A DNA stretch of 64,000 bases, taken from NCBI GenBank assembly GCA_964016885.1, contig OZ024744.1, positions 18,910,001 through 18,974,000 of the forward strand, given 5' to 3'. Made by a program: the position numbers and the translations under genes. Each line of letters begins with the position of its first letter. Within the stretch, counting starts at the first letter, position 1. The DNA is from Eledone cirrhosa. Lineage: Eukaryota. The notes beneath the pieces are model-generated. The model saw only the letters and a list, made by a program, of their open reading frames with translations. It did not search any database and was not told the DNA's origin. Of the stretch, positions 26,701 through 38,900 are shown one piece after another.

Positions 26701-29700
26701 TATGTCACTGTGTGTATCTGTATGTCTGTGTCATTGTGTAAGTCATTGTATCTTTGTGTATGTCTGTGGCACTCTGTTTGTCGTTGTGTGTTTCTGTATG
26801 TATGTGTCTCTGTGTATGTCACTGTATATTTATGTATGTATGTGTCACTGTGTATGTCACTGTGAGTTTCTCTATGTCTGTGTCACTGTGTATGTCACTG
26901 TATGTCTCTGTATGTCTGTGTCACTGTCTATGTCACTGTATCTTTGTGTATGTCTGTGTCACTGTGTATGTCACTGTGTGTTTATGTATTTCTGTGTATC
27001 TGTGTATGCCACTGTATCTTTGTGTATGTCTGTGTCACTGTGTGTTTTTGTATGTCTGTGTCACTGTGTATGTCACTGTATGTTTGTGCGTGTCTGTGTC
27101 ACTGTGTATGTCACTGTGTGTTTGTGTATGTCTGTGTCACTGTATGTTTTTGTATATCTGTGTCACTGTGTATGTCACTGTTTGTTTCTGTATGTATGTG
27201 TCACTGTGTATGTCACCGTATGTGTGTGTATGTCTGTGTCACGGTGTATGTCACTGTATCTTTGTGTATGCCTTGTCACTGTGTATGTCACTGTGTGTTT
27301 CTGTATGTCTGTGTCACCGTGTATGTCACTGTATGTTTGTGTGTGTCTGTGTCACTGTGTATGTCAATGTCTCTGTGTGTTTCTGTATGTCTGTGTCTCT
27401 GTGTATGTCACTGTATCTTTGTGTATGTATGTGTCACTGTGTATGTCACTGTGTGTTTCTGTATGTCTGTGTCACTGTGTATATCACTGTGTGTTTCTGT
27501 ATATCTGTGTCTCTGTGTATGTCACTGTATCTTTGTGTATGTCTGGGTCACTGTGTATGTCACTGTATATTTGTGTATGTCTGTGTCACGGTGTATATCA
27601 CTGTATGTTTGTGTATGTCTGTGTCACTGTGTATGTCACTGTATGTTTCTGTATATCTGTGTCTCTGTGTATGTCACTGTGTGTTTCTGTATGGCTGTGT
27701 CACTGTGTATGTCACTGTATCTTTGTGTATGTCTGTGTCACTGTGTATGTCACAGTGTGTTTCTGTATGTCTGTGTCACTGTCTATGTCACTGTATGTTT
27801 CTGAATGTCTGTGTCACTGTGTATGTCACTGTGTGTTTCTGTATGTCTGTGTCACGGTGTATGTCACTGTATGTTTGTGTGTGACTGTGTCACTGTGTAT
27901 GTCACTGTGTGTTTGTGTATGTCTGTGTCACTGTATGTTTCTGTATGTCTGTGTCACTGTGTATGTCAATGTGTGTTTCTGTATGTCTGTGTCACTGTGT
28001 ATGTCATTGTATCTTTGTGTATGTCTGTGTCACTGTGTATGTCACTGTATGTTTCTGTAAGTTTGTGTCACTGTGTATGTCACTGTGTGTTTCTGTATGT
28101 CTGTGTCTCTGTGTATGTCACTGTATGTTTCTGTATGTCTGTTTCACTGTGTATGTCACTGTGTCTTTATGTATGTCTGTGTCACTCTGTATGTCACTGT
28201 ATATTTCTGTGTGTCTGTGTCACTGTGTATGTCACTGTATGTTTCTGTATGTTTGTGTCACTGTGTATGTCACTATGTTTCTGTATGTCTGTTTCACTGT
28301 GTATGTCACTGTATCTTTGTGTATGTCTGTGTCACTGTGTATGTCACTGTGTGTTTATGTATTTCTGTGTCTCTGTGTATGCCACTGTATCTTTGTGTAT
28401 GTCTGCGTCACTGTCTATGTCACTGTGTGTTTCTGTATGTCTGTGTCACTGTGTATGTCACAGTGTGTTTCTGTATATATGTGTCTCTGTGTATGTCACT
28501 GTATCTTTGTGTATGTCTGTGTCACTGTGTGTTTCTGTATGTCTGTGTCACTGTGTATGTCACTGTATGTATGTGTGTGTCTGTGTCACTGTGTATGTCA
28601 CTGTGTGTTTGTGTATGTCTGTGTCACTGTATGTTTCTGTATGTCTGTGTCACTGTGTATGTCACCGTATGTGTGTGTATGTCTGTGTCACGGTGTATGT
28701 CACTGTATCTTTGTGTATGCCTGTGTCACTGTGTATGTCACTGTGTGTTTCTGTATGTCTGTGTCACTGTGTATGTCACTGTATGGTTGTGTGTGTCTGT
28801 GTCAATGTGTATGTCAATGTCTCTGTGTGTTTCTGTTTGTCTGTGTCTCTGTGTATGTCACTGTATCTTTGTGTATGTATGTGTCACTGTGTATGTCACT
28901 GTGTGTTTCTGTATGTCTGTGTCACTGTGTATATCACTGTGTGTTTCTTTATATCTGTGTCTCTGTGTATGTCACTGTATGTTTGTGTATGTCTGTGTCA
29001 CTGTGTATGTCACTGTATGTTTCTGTATGTCTGTGTCACTGTGTATATCAATGTGTGTTTCTGTATCTCTGTGTCACGGTGTATGTCACTGTGTGTTTCT
29101 TTATATCTGTGTCTCTGTGTATGTCACTGTATGTTTGTGTATGTCTGTGTGACTGTGTATGTCACTGTGTGTTTCTGTATGGCTGTGTCACTGTGTATGT
29201 CACTGTATCTTTGTGTATGTCTATGTCACTGTGTATGTCACAGTGTGTCTCTGTATGTCTGTGTCACTATCTATGTCACAGTATGTTTCTGAATGGCTGT
29301 GTCACTGTGTATGTCACTGTGTGTTTCTGTGTGTCTGTGTCACGGTGTATGTCACTGTATGTGTGTGTGTGACTGTGTCACTGTGTATGTCACTGTGTGT
29401 TTGTGTATGTCTGTGTCACTGTATGTTTCTGTAGGTCTGTGTCACTGTGTATGTCACTGTGTGTTTCTGTATGCCTGTGTCACTGTGTATGTCATTGTAT
29501 CTTTGTGTATGTCTGTGTCACTGTGTATGTCACTGTATGTTTCTGTAAGTTTGTGTCACTGTGTATGTCACTGTGTGTTTCTGTATGTCTGTGTCTCTGT
29601 GTATGTCACTGTATGTTTCTGTATGTCTGTTTCACTGTGTATGTCACTGTGTCTTTATGTATGTCTGTGTCACTCTGTATGTCACTGTATATTTCTGTAT

Positions 29701-30814
29701 GTCTGTGTCACTGTGTATATCACTGTATGTTTCTGTATGTCTGCGTCACTGTGTATGTCACACTGTGTTTCTGTATGTCAGTGTCACTGTCTATGTCACT
29801 GTATGTTTCTGAATGTCTGTGTCACTGTGTATGTTACTGTGTGTTTGTGTATGTCTGTGTCACTGTATGTTTCTGTATGTCTGTGTCACTGTGTATGTCA
29901 ATGTGTGTTTCTGTATGTTTGTGTCACTGTGTATGTCACTAAATGTTTGTGTGTGTCTGTGTCTCTGTGTATATCACTGTGTGTTTCTGTATATCTGTGT
30001 CTCTGTGTATGTCACTGTATCTTTGTGTATGTCTGGGTCACTGTGTATGTCACTCTGTGTTTCTGTATGTCTGTGTGACTGTGTATGTCACTGTTTGTTT
30101 GTGTATGTCTGTGTCACTGTGTGTGTTTCTGTATGTCTGTGTCACTGTGTATGTCATTGCATCTTTGTGTATGTCTGTCTCACTCTGTATGTCACTGTGT
30201 GTTTCTGCATGTCTGTGTCACTGTGTATGTCACTGTGTGTTTCTGTATGTCTGTGTCACTGTGTATGTTACTGTTTGTTTCTGTATGTCTGTTTCACTGT
30301 GTATGTCACTGTATATTTGTGTATGTCTGTGTCACTCTGTATGTCACTGTGTGTTTCTGTATGTCTGTGTCACTATGTATGCCACTGTATGTTCGTGTTG
30401 TCTGTGTCATTGTGTATGTCACTGGGTGTTTCTGTATGTCTGTGTCACTGTGTATGACATTGTGTCTTTCTGTATGTATGTATCACTGTGTATGTCACTG
30501 TGTGTTTCTGTATGTCTGTGTCACTGTGTATGTTACTGTTTGTTTCTGTATGTCTGTTTCACTGTGTATGTCACTGTATCTTTGTGTATGCCTGTGTCAC
30601 TGTGTATGTCACTGTGTGTTTCTGTATGTTTGTGTCACTGTGTATGTCACTGTATATTTCTGTATGTCTGTGTCACTGTGTATGTCACTGTATGTTTCTG
30701 TATGTCTGTGTCACTGTGTATGTCACTGTGTGTTTCTGTATGTCTGTGTCACTGTATGTGTCACTGTATCTTTGTGTATGCCTGTGTCACTGGTTATGTC
30801 ACTGTATGTTTCTG
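17787..30814. repeat. 6,504-bp tandem duplication (2 copies, ~20-bp junction homology)
   Basis: A constant offset of 6,504 holds for ORFs 17808/24312, 19257/25761, 21301/27805 and 23309/29813. Identity starts at 17787/24291 and ends at 24310/30814. Confidence 0.93.
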
Positions 30815-33800
30815 TATGTCTGTTTCACTGTGTATGTCACTGTATATTTGTGTATGTCTGTGTCACTCTGTATGTCACTGTGTGTTTCTGTATGTCTGTG
30901 TCACTATGTATGCCACTGTATGTTTGTGTTATCTGTGTCATTGTGTATGTCACTGGGCGTTTCTGTATGTCTGTGTCACTGTGTATGACACTGTGTGTTT
31001 CTGTATGTATGTATCACTGTGTATGTCACTGTGTGTTTCTGAATGTCTGTGTCACTATGTAAGTCATTGTATCTTTGTGTATGTCTGTGGCACTCTGTAT
31101 GTTGTTGTGTGTTTCTGTATGTATGTGTCTCTGTATCTTTGTGTATGTATGTGTCACTGTGTATGTTACTGTGAGTTTATGTATGTCTGTGTCACTGTGT
31201 ATGTCACTGTATGTCTATGTATGTCTGTGTCACTGTCTATGTCACTGTATCTTTGTGTATGTCTGTATTACTGTGTATGTCGCTGTGTGTTTATGTATGT
31301 CTGTGTCTCTGTGTATGTCACTGTATCTTTGCGTATGTCTGCGTCACTGTGTATGTCACTGTGTGTTTCTGTATGTCTGTGTCACTGTGTATGTCACAAT
31401 GTGTTTCTGTATATCTCTGTCTCTGTGTATGTCACTGTATCTTTGTATATGTCTGTGTCACTGTGTATGTCACTATGTGTTTCTGTATGTCTGTGTGAGT
31501 GTACTTGTCACTGTTTGTTTGTGTATGTCTGTGTCACTGTGTGTGTTTCTGTATGTCTGTGTCACTGTGTATGTCATTGCATCGTTGTGTATGTCTGTGT
31601 CACTCTGTATGTCACTGTGTGTTTCTGCATGTCTGTGTCACTGTGTATGTCACTGTGTGTTCCTGTATGTCTGTATCACTGTGTATGTCACTGTATGTTT
31701 CTGTATGTCTGTTTCACTGTGTATATCACTGTGTGTTTCTGTATGTCTGTGTCACTGTATATGTCACTGTATCTTTGTGTATGCCTGTGTCACTGTCTAT
31801 GTCAATGTATGTTTCTGTATGTCTGTTTCACTGTGTATGTCACTGTATATTTGTGTATGTCTGTGTCACTCTGTATGTCACTGTGTGTTTCTGTATGTCT
31901 GTGTCACTATGTATGCCACTGTATGTTTGTGTTGTCTGTGTCATTGTGTATGTCACTGGGTGTTTCTGTATGTCTGTGTCACTGTGTATGACACTGTGTC
32001 TTTATGTATGTATGTATGTATCACTGTGTATGTCACTGTGTGTATCTGTATGTCTGTGTCATTGTGTAAGTCATTGTATCTTTGTGTATGTCTGTGGCAC
32101 TCTGTTTGTCGTTGTGTGTTTCTGTATGTATGTGTCTCTGTGTATGTCACTGTATATTTATGTATGTATGTGTCACTGTGTATGTCACTGTGAGTTTCTC
32201 TATGTCTGTGTCACTGTGTATGTCACTGTATGTCTCTGTATGTCTGTGTCACTGTCTATGTCACTGTATCTTTGTGTATGTCTGTGTCACTGTGTATGTC
32301 ACTGTGTGTTTATGTATTTCTGTGTATCTGTGTATGCCACTGTATCTTTGTGTATGTCTGTGTCACTGTGTGTTTTTTTATGTCTGTGTCACTGTGTATG
32401 TCACTGTATGTTTGTGCGTGTCTGTGTCACTGTGTATGTCACTGTGTGTTTGTGTATGTCTGTGTCACTGTATGTTTTTGTATATCTGTGTCACTGTGTA
32501 TGTCACTGTTTGTTTCTGTATGTATGTGTCACTGTGTATGTCACCGTATGTGTGTGTATGTCTGTGTCACGGTGTATGTCACTGTATCTTTGTGTATGCC
32601 TTGTCACTGTGTATGTCACTGTGTGTTTCTGTATGTCTGTGTCACCGTGTATGTCACTGTATGTTTGTGTGTCTGTGTCACTGTGTATGTCAATGTCTCT
32701 GTGTGTTTCTGTATGTCTGTGTCTCTGTGTATGTCACTGTATCTTTGTGTATGTATGTGTCACTGTGTATGTCACTGTGTGTTTCTGTATGTCTGTGTCA
32801 CTGTGTATATCACTGTGTGTTTCTGTATATCTGTGTCTCTGTGTATGTCACTGTATCTTTGTGTATGTCTGGGTCACTGTGTATGTCACTGTATATTTGT
32901 GTATGTCTGTGTCACGGTGTATATCACTGTATGTTTGTGTATGTCTGTGTCACTGTGTATGTCACTGTATGTTTCTGTATATCTGTGTCTCTGTGTATGT
33001 CACTGTGTGTTTCTGTATGGCTGTGTCACTGTGTATGTCACTGTATCTTTGTGTATGTCTGTGTCACTGTGTATGTCACAGTGTGTTTCTGTATGTCTGT
33101 GTCACTGTCTATGTCACTGTATGTTTCTGAATGTCTGTGTCACTGTGTATGTCACTGTGTGTTTCTGTATGTCTGTGTCACGGTGTATGTCACTGTATGT
33201 TTGTGTGTGACTGTGTCACTGTGTATGTCACTGTGTGTTTGTGTATGTCTGTGTCACTGTATGTTTCTGTATGTCTGTGTCACTGTGTATGTCACTGTGT
33301 GTTTCTGTATGTCTGTGTCACTGTGTATGTCATTGTATCTTTGTGTATGTCTGTGTCACTGTGTATGTCACTGTATGTTTCTGTAAGTTTGTGTCACTGT
33401 GTATGTCACTGTGTGTTTCTGTATGTCTGTGTCTCTGTGTATGTCACTGTATGTTTCTGTATGTCTGTTTCACTGTGTATGTCACTGTGTCTTTATGTAT
33501 GTCTGTGTCACTCTGTATGTCACTGTATATTTCTGTGTGTCTGTGTCACTGTGTATGTCACTGTATGTTTCTGTATGTTTGTGTCACTGTGTATGTCACT
33601 ATGTTTCTGTATGTCTGTTTCACTGTGTATGTCACTGTATCTTTGTGTATGTCTGTGTCACTGTGTATGTCACTGTGTGTTTATGTATTTCTGTGTCTCT
33701 GTGTATGCCACTGTATCTTTGTGTATGTCTGCGTCACTGTGTATGTCACTGTGTGTTTCTGTATGTCTGTGTCACTGTGTATGTCACAGTGTGTTTCTGT

Positions 33801-35958
33801 ATATATGTGTCTCTGTGTATGTCACTGTATCTTTGTGTATGTCTGTGTCACTGTGTGTTTCTGTATGTCTGTGTCACTGTGTATGTCACTGTATGTATGT
33901 GTGTGTCTGTGTCACTGTGTATGTCACTGTGTGTTTGTGTATGTCTGTGTCACTGTATGTTTCTGTATGTCTGTGTCACTGTGTATGTCACCGTATATGT
34001 GTGTATGTCTGTGTCACGGTGTATGTCACTGTATCTTTGTGTATGCCTGTGTCACTGTGTATGTCACTGTGTGTTTGTGTATGTCTGTGTCACTGTATGT
34101 TTTTGTATATCTGTGTCACTGTGTATGTCACTGTTTGTTTCTGTATGTATGTGTCACTGTGTATGTCACCGTATGTGTGTGTATGTCTGTGTCACGGTGT
34201 ATGTCACTGTATCTTTGTGTATGCCTTGTCACTGTGTATGTCACTGTGTGTTTCTGTATGTCTGTGTCACTGTGTATGTCACTGTATGGTTGTGTGTGTC
34301 TGTGTCACTGTGTATGTCAATGTCTCTGTGTGTTTCTGTTTGTCTGTGTCTCTGTGTATGTCACTGTATCTTTGTGTATGTATGTGTCACTGTGTATGTC
34401 ACTGTGTGTTTCTGTATGTCTGTGTCACTGTGTATATCACTGTGTGTTTCTTTATATCTGTGTCTCTGTGTATGTCACTGTATGTTTGTGTATGTCTGTG
34501 TCACTGTGTATATCAATGTGTGTTTCTGTATCTCTGTGTCACGGTGTATGTCACTGTGTGTTTCTTTATATCTGTGTCTCTGTGTATGTCACTGTATGTT
34601 TGTGTATGTCTGTGTGACTGTGTATGTCACTGTGTGTTTCTGTATGGCTGTGTCACTGTGTATGTCACTGTATCTTTGTGTATGTCTATGTCACTGTGTA
34701 TGTCACAGTGTGTTTCTGTATGTCTGTGTCACTATCTATGTCACAGTATGTTTCTGAATGGCTGTGTCACTGTGTATGTCACTGTGTGTTTCTGTGTGTC
34801 TGTGTCACGGTGTATGTCACTGTATGTGTGTGTGTGACTGTGTCACTGTGTATGTCACTGTGTGTTTGTGTATGTCTGTGTCACTGTATGTTTCTGTAGG
34901 TCTGTGTCACTGTGTGTTTCTGTATGCCTGTGTCACTGTGTATGTCATTGTATCTTTGTGTATGTCTGTGTCACTGTGTATGTCACTGTATGTTTCTGTA
35001 AGTTTGTGTCACTGTGTATGTCACTGTGTGTTTCTGTATGCCTGTGTCTCTGTGTATGTCACTGTATGTTTCTGTATGTCTGTTTCACTGTGTATGTCAC
35101 TGTGTCTTTATGTATGTCTGTGTCACTCTGTATGTCACTGTATATTTCTGTATGTCTGTGTCACTGTGTATATCACTGTATGTTTCTGTATGTCTGCGTC
35201 ACTGTGTATGTCACACTGTGTTTCTGTATGTCTGTGTCACTGTCTATGTCACTGTATGTTTCTGAATGTCTGTGTCACTGTGTATGTTACTGTGTGTTTG
35301 TGTATGTCTGTGTCACTGTATGTTTCTGTATGTCTGTGTCACTGTGTATGTCAATGTGTGTTTCTGTATGTTTGTGTCACTGTGTATGTCACTAAATGTT
35401 TGTGTGTGTCTGTGTCTCTGTGTATATCACTGTGTGTTTCTGTATATCTGTGTCTCTGTGTATGTCACTGTATCTTTGTGTATGTCTGGGTCACTGTGTA
35501 TGTCACTCTGTGTTTCTGTATGTCTGTGTGACTGTGTATGTCACTGTTTGTTTGTGTATGTCTGTGTCACTGTGTGTGTTTCTGTATGTCTGTGTCACTG
35601 TGTATGTCATTGCATCTTTGTGTATGTCTGTCTCACTCTGTATGTCACTGTGTGTTTCTGCATGTCTGTGTCACTGTGTATGTCACTGTGTGTTTCTGTA
35701 TGTCTGTGTCACTGTGTATGTTACTGTTTGTTTCTGTATGTCTGTTTCACTGTGTATGTCACTGTATATTTGTGTATGTCTGTGTCACTCTGTATGTCAC
35801 TGTGTGTTTCTGTATGTCTGTGTCACTATGTATGCCACTGTATGTTCGTGTTGTCTGTGTCATTGTGTATGTCACTGGGTGTTTCTGTATGTCTGTGTCA
35901 CTGTGTATGACACTGTGTCTTTCTGTATGTATGTATCACTGTGTATGTCACTGTGTGT
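18757..35958. repeat. ~5.3-5.4-kb higher-order unit, three copies (about 18757-24070, 25261-30574, 30575-35958), underlying the 6,504-bp duplication
   Basis: Marker actggttatg occurs at 18971, 24285, 25475 and 30789 (spacings 5,314, 1,190, 5,314). ORF offsets are 25761/31075 (5,314), 27805/33131 (5,326) and 29813/35266 (5,453), so the third copy carries several indels. Confidence 0.85.
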
Positions 35959-38900
35959 ATCTGTATGTCTGTGTCACTGTGTAAGTCATTGTATCTTTAT
36001 GTATGTCTGTGGCACTCTGTATGTCGTTGTGTGTTTCTGTATGTATGTGTCTCTGTGTATGTCACTGTATATTTGTGTATGTATGTGTCACTGTGTATGT
36101 CACTGTGAGTTTCTCTATGTCTGTGTCACTGTGTATGTCACTGTATGTCTCTGTATGTCTGTGTCACTGTCTATGTCACTGTATCTTTGTGTATGTCTGT
36201 GTCACTGTGTATGTCACTGTATGTTTATGTATTTCTGTGTCTCTGTGTATGCCACTGTATCTTTGTGTATGTCTGCGTCACTGTGTATGTCACTGTGTGT
36301 TTCTGTATGTCTGTGTCACTGTGTATGTCACAGTGTGTTTCTGTATATATGTGTCTCTGTGTATGTCACTGTATCTTTGTGTATGTCTGTGTCACTGTGT
36401 GTTTCTGTATGTCTGTGTCACTGTGTATGTCACTGTATGTTTGTGTGTGCCTGTGTCACTGTGTATGTCAATGTCTCTGTGTGTTTCTGTATGTCTGTGT
36501 CTCTGTGTATGTCACTGTATCTTTGTGTATGTATGTGTCACTGTGTATGTCACTGTGTGTTTCTGTATGTCTGTGTCACTGTGTATATCACTGTGTGTTT
36601 CTGTATATCTGTGTCTCTGTGTATGTCACTGTATCTTTGTGTATGTCTGGGTCACTGTGTATGTCACTGTATATTTGTGTATGTCTGTGTCACGGTGTAT
36701 ATCACTGTATGTTTGTGTATGTCTGTGTCACTGTGTATGTCACTGTATGTTTCTGTATGTCTGTGTCACTGTGTATATCAATGTGTGTTTCTGTATCTCT
36801 GTGTCACGGTGTATGTCACTGCATGTTTGTGTATGTCTGTGTGACTGTGTATGTCACAGTGTGTTTCTGTATGTCTGTGTCACTGTCTATGTCACTGTAT
36901 GTTTCTGAATTTCTGTGTCACTGTGTATGTCACTGTGTGTTTCTGTATGTCTGTGTCACGGTGTATGTCACTGTATGTTTGTGTGTGACCGTGTCACTGT
37001 GTATGTCACTGTATGTTTGTGTGTGTCTGTGTCACTGTGTATGTCACTGTGTGTTTGTGTATGTCTGTGTCACTGTATGTTTCTGTATGTCTGTGTCACT
37101 GTGTATGTTACTGTTTGTTTCTGTATGTATGTGTCACTGTGTATGTCACCGTATGTGTGTGTATGTCTGTGTCACGGTGTATGTCACTGTATCTTTGTGT
37201 ATGCCTGTGTCACTGTGTATGTCACTGTGTGTTTTTGTATGTCTGTGTCACTGTGTATATCACTGTATGTTTGTGTGTGTCTGTGTCACTGCGAATGTCA
37301 ATGTCTCTGTGTGTTTCTGTATGTCTGTGTCTCTGTGTATGTCACTGTATCTTTGTGTATGTATGTGTCACTGTGTATGTCACTGTGTGTTTCTGTATGT
37401 ATGTGTCACTGTGTATATCACTGTGTGTTTCTGTATATCTGTGTCTCTGTGTATGTCACTGTATCTTTGTGTATGTATGTGTCACTGTGTATGTCACTGT
37501 GTGTTTCTGTATGTCTGTGTCACTGTGTATATCAATGTGTGTTTCTGTATCTCTGTGTCACGGTGTATGTCACTGCATGTTTGTGTATGTCTGTGTGACT
37601 GTGTATGTCACTGTGTGTTTCTGTATGTCTATGTCACTGTGTATGTCACAGTGTGTTTCTGTATATATGTGTCTCTGTGTATGTCACTGTATCTTTGTGT
37701 ATGTCTGTGTCACTGTGTGTTTCTGTATGTCTGTGTCACTGTGTATGTCACTGTATGTTTCTGTATGTTTGTGTCACTGTGTATGTCACTGTATGTTTCT
37801 GTATGTCTGTTTCACTGTGTATGTCACTGTGTCTTTATGTATGTCTGTGTCACTCTGTATGTCACTGTATATTTTTGTATGTCTGTGTCACTGTGTATGT
37901 CACTGTATGTTTCTGTATGTCTGTGTCACTCTGTATGTCACTGTATGTTTCTGTATGTCTGTGTCACTGTGTATGTCACTGTATGTTTCTGTATGTCTGT
38001 CTCACTGTGTATGCCACTGTGTGTTTCTGTATGTCTGTGTCACTCTGTATGTCACTGTATATTTCTGTATGTCTGTGTCACTGTGTATGTCACTGTATGT
38101 TTCTGTATGTCTGTGTCACTGTGTATGTCACTGTGTGTTTCTGTATGTCTGTGTCACTGTATATGTCACTGTAACTTTGTGTATGCCTGTGTCACTGTTT
38201 ATGTCACTGTATGTTTCTGTATATCTGTTTCACTGTGTATGTCACTGTATATTTGTGTATGTCTGTGTCACTCTGTATGTCACTGTGTGTTTCTGTATGT
38301 CTGTGTCACTATGTATGCCACTGTATGTTTGTGTTATCTGTGTCATTGTATATGTCACTGGGTGTTTCTGTATGTCTGTGTCACTGTGTATGACACTGTG
38401 TGTTTCTGTATGTATGTATCACTGTGTATGTCACTGTGTGTTTCTGTATGTCTGTGTCACTATGTAAGTCATTGTATCTTTGTGTATGTCACTGTGTATT
38501 TCCGTATGTCTGTGTCTCTGTGTATGTCACTGTATCTTTGTGTATGTCTGTGTCACTGTGTGTTTCTGTATGTCTGTGTCACTGTGTATGTCACTGTATG
38601 TTTGTGTGTGTCTGTGTCACTGTGTATGTCACTGTGTGTTTGTGTATGTCTGTGTCACTGTATGTTTCTGTATGTCTGTGTCACTGTGTATGTCACTGTT
38701 TGTTTCTGTATGTATGTGTCACTGTGTATGTCACCGTATGTGTGTGTATGTCTGTGTCATGGTGTATGTCACTGTATCTTTGTGTATGCCTGTGTCACTG
38801 TGTATGTCACTGTGTGTTTCTGTATGTCTGTGTCACTGTGTATGTCACTGTATGTTTGTGTGTGTCTGTGTCACTGTGTATGTCAATGTCTCTGTGTGTT

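Noticed and set aside
31953-32150. Sole minus-strand ORF (65 aa, Thr/His-rich)
   Set aside because: It exists only where landmark-cassette variants and a 4-bp TATG slippage dodge the regular TGA of AGTGAC. It is not reported in the sister copies.
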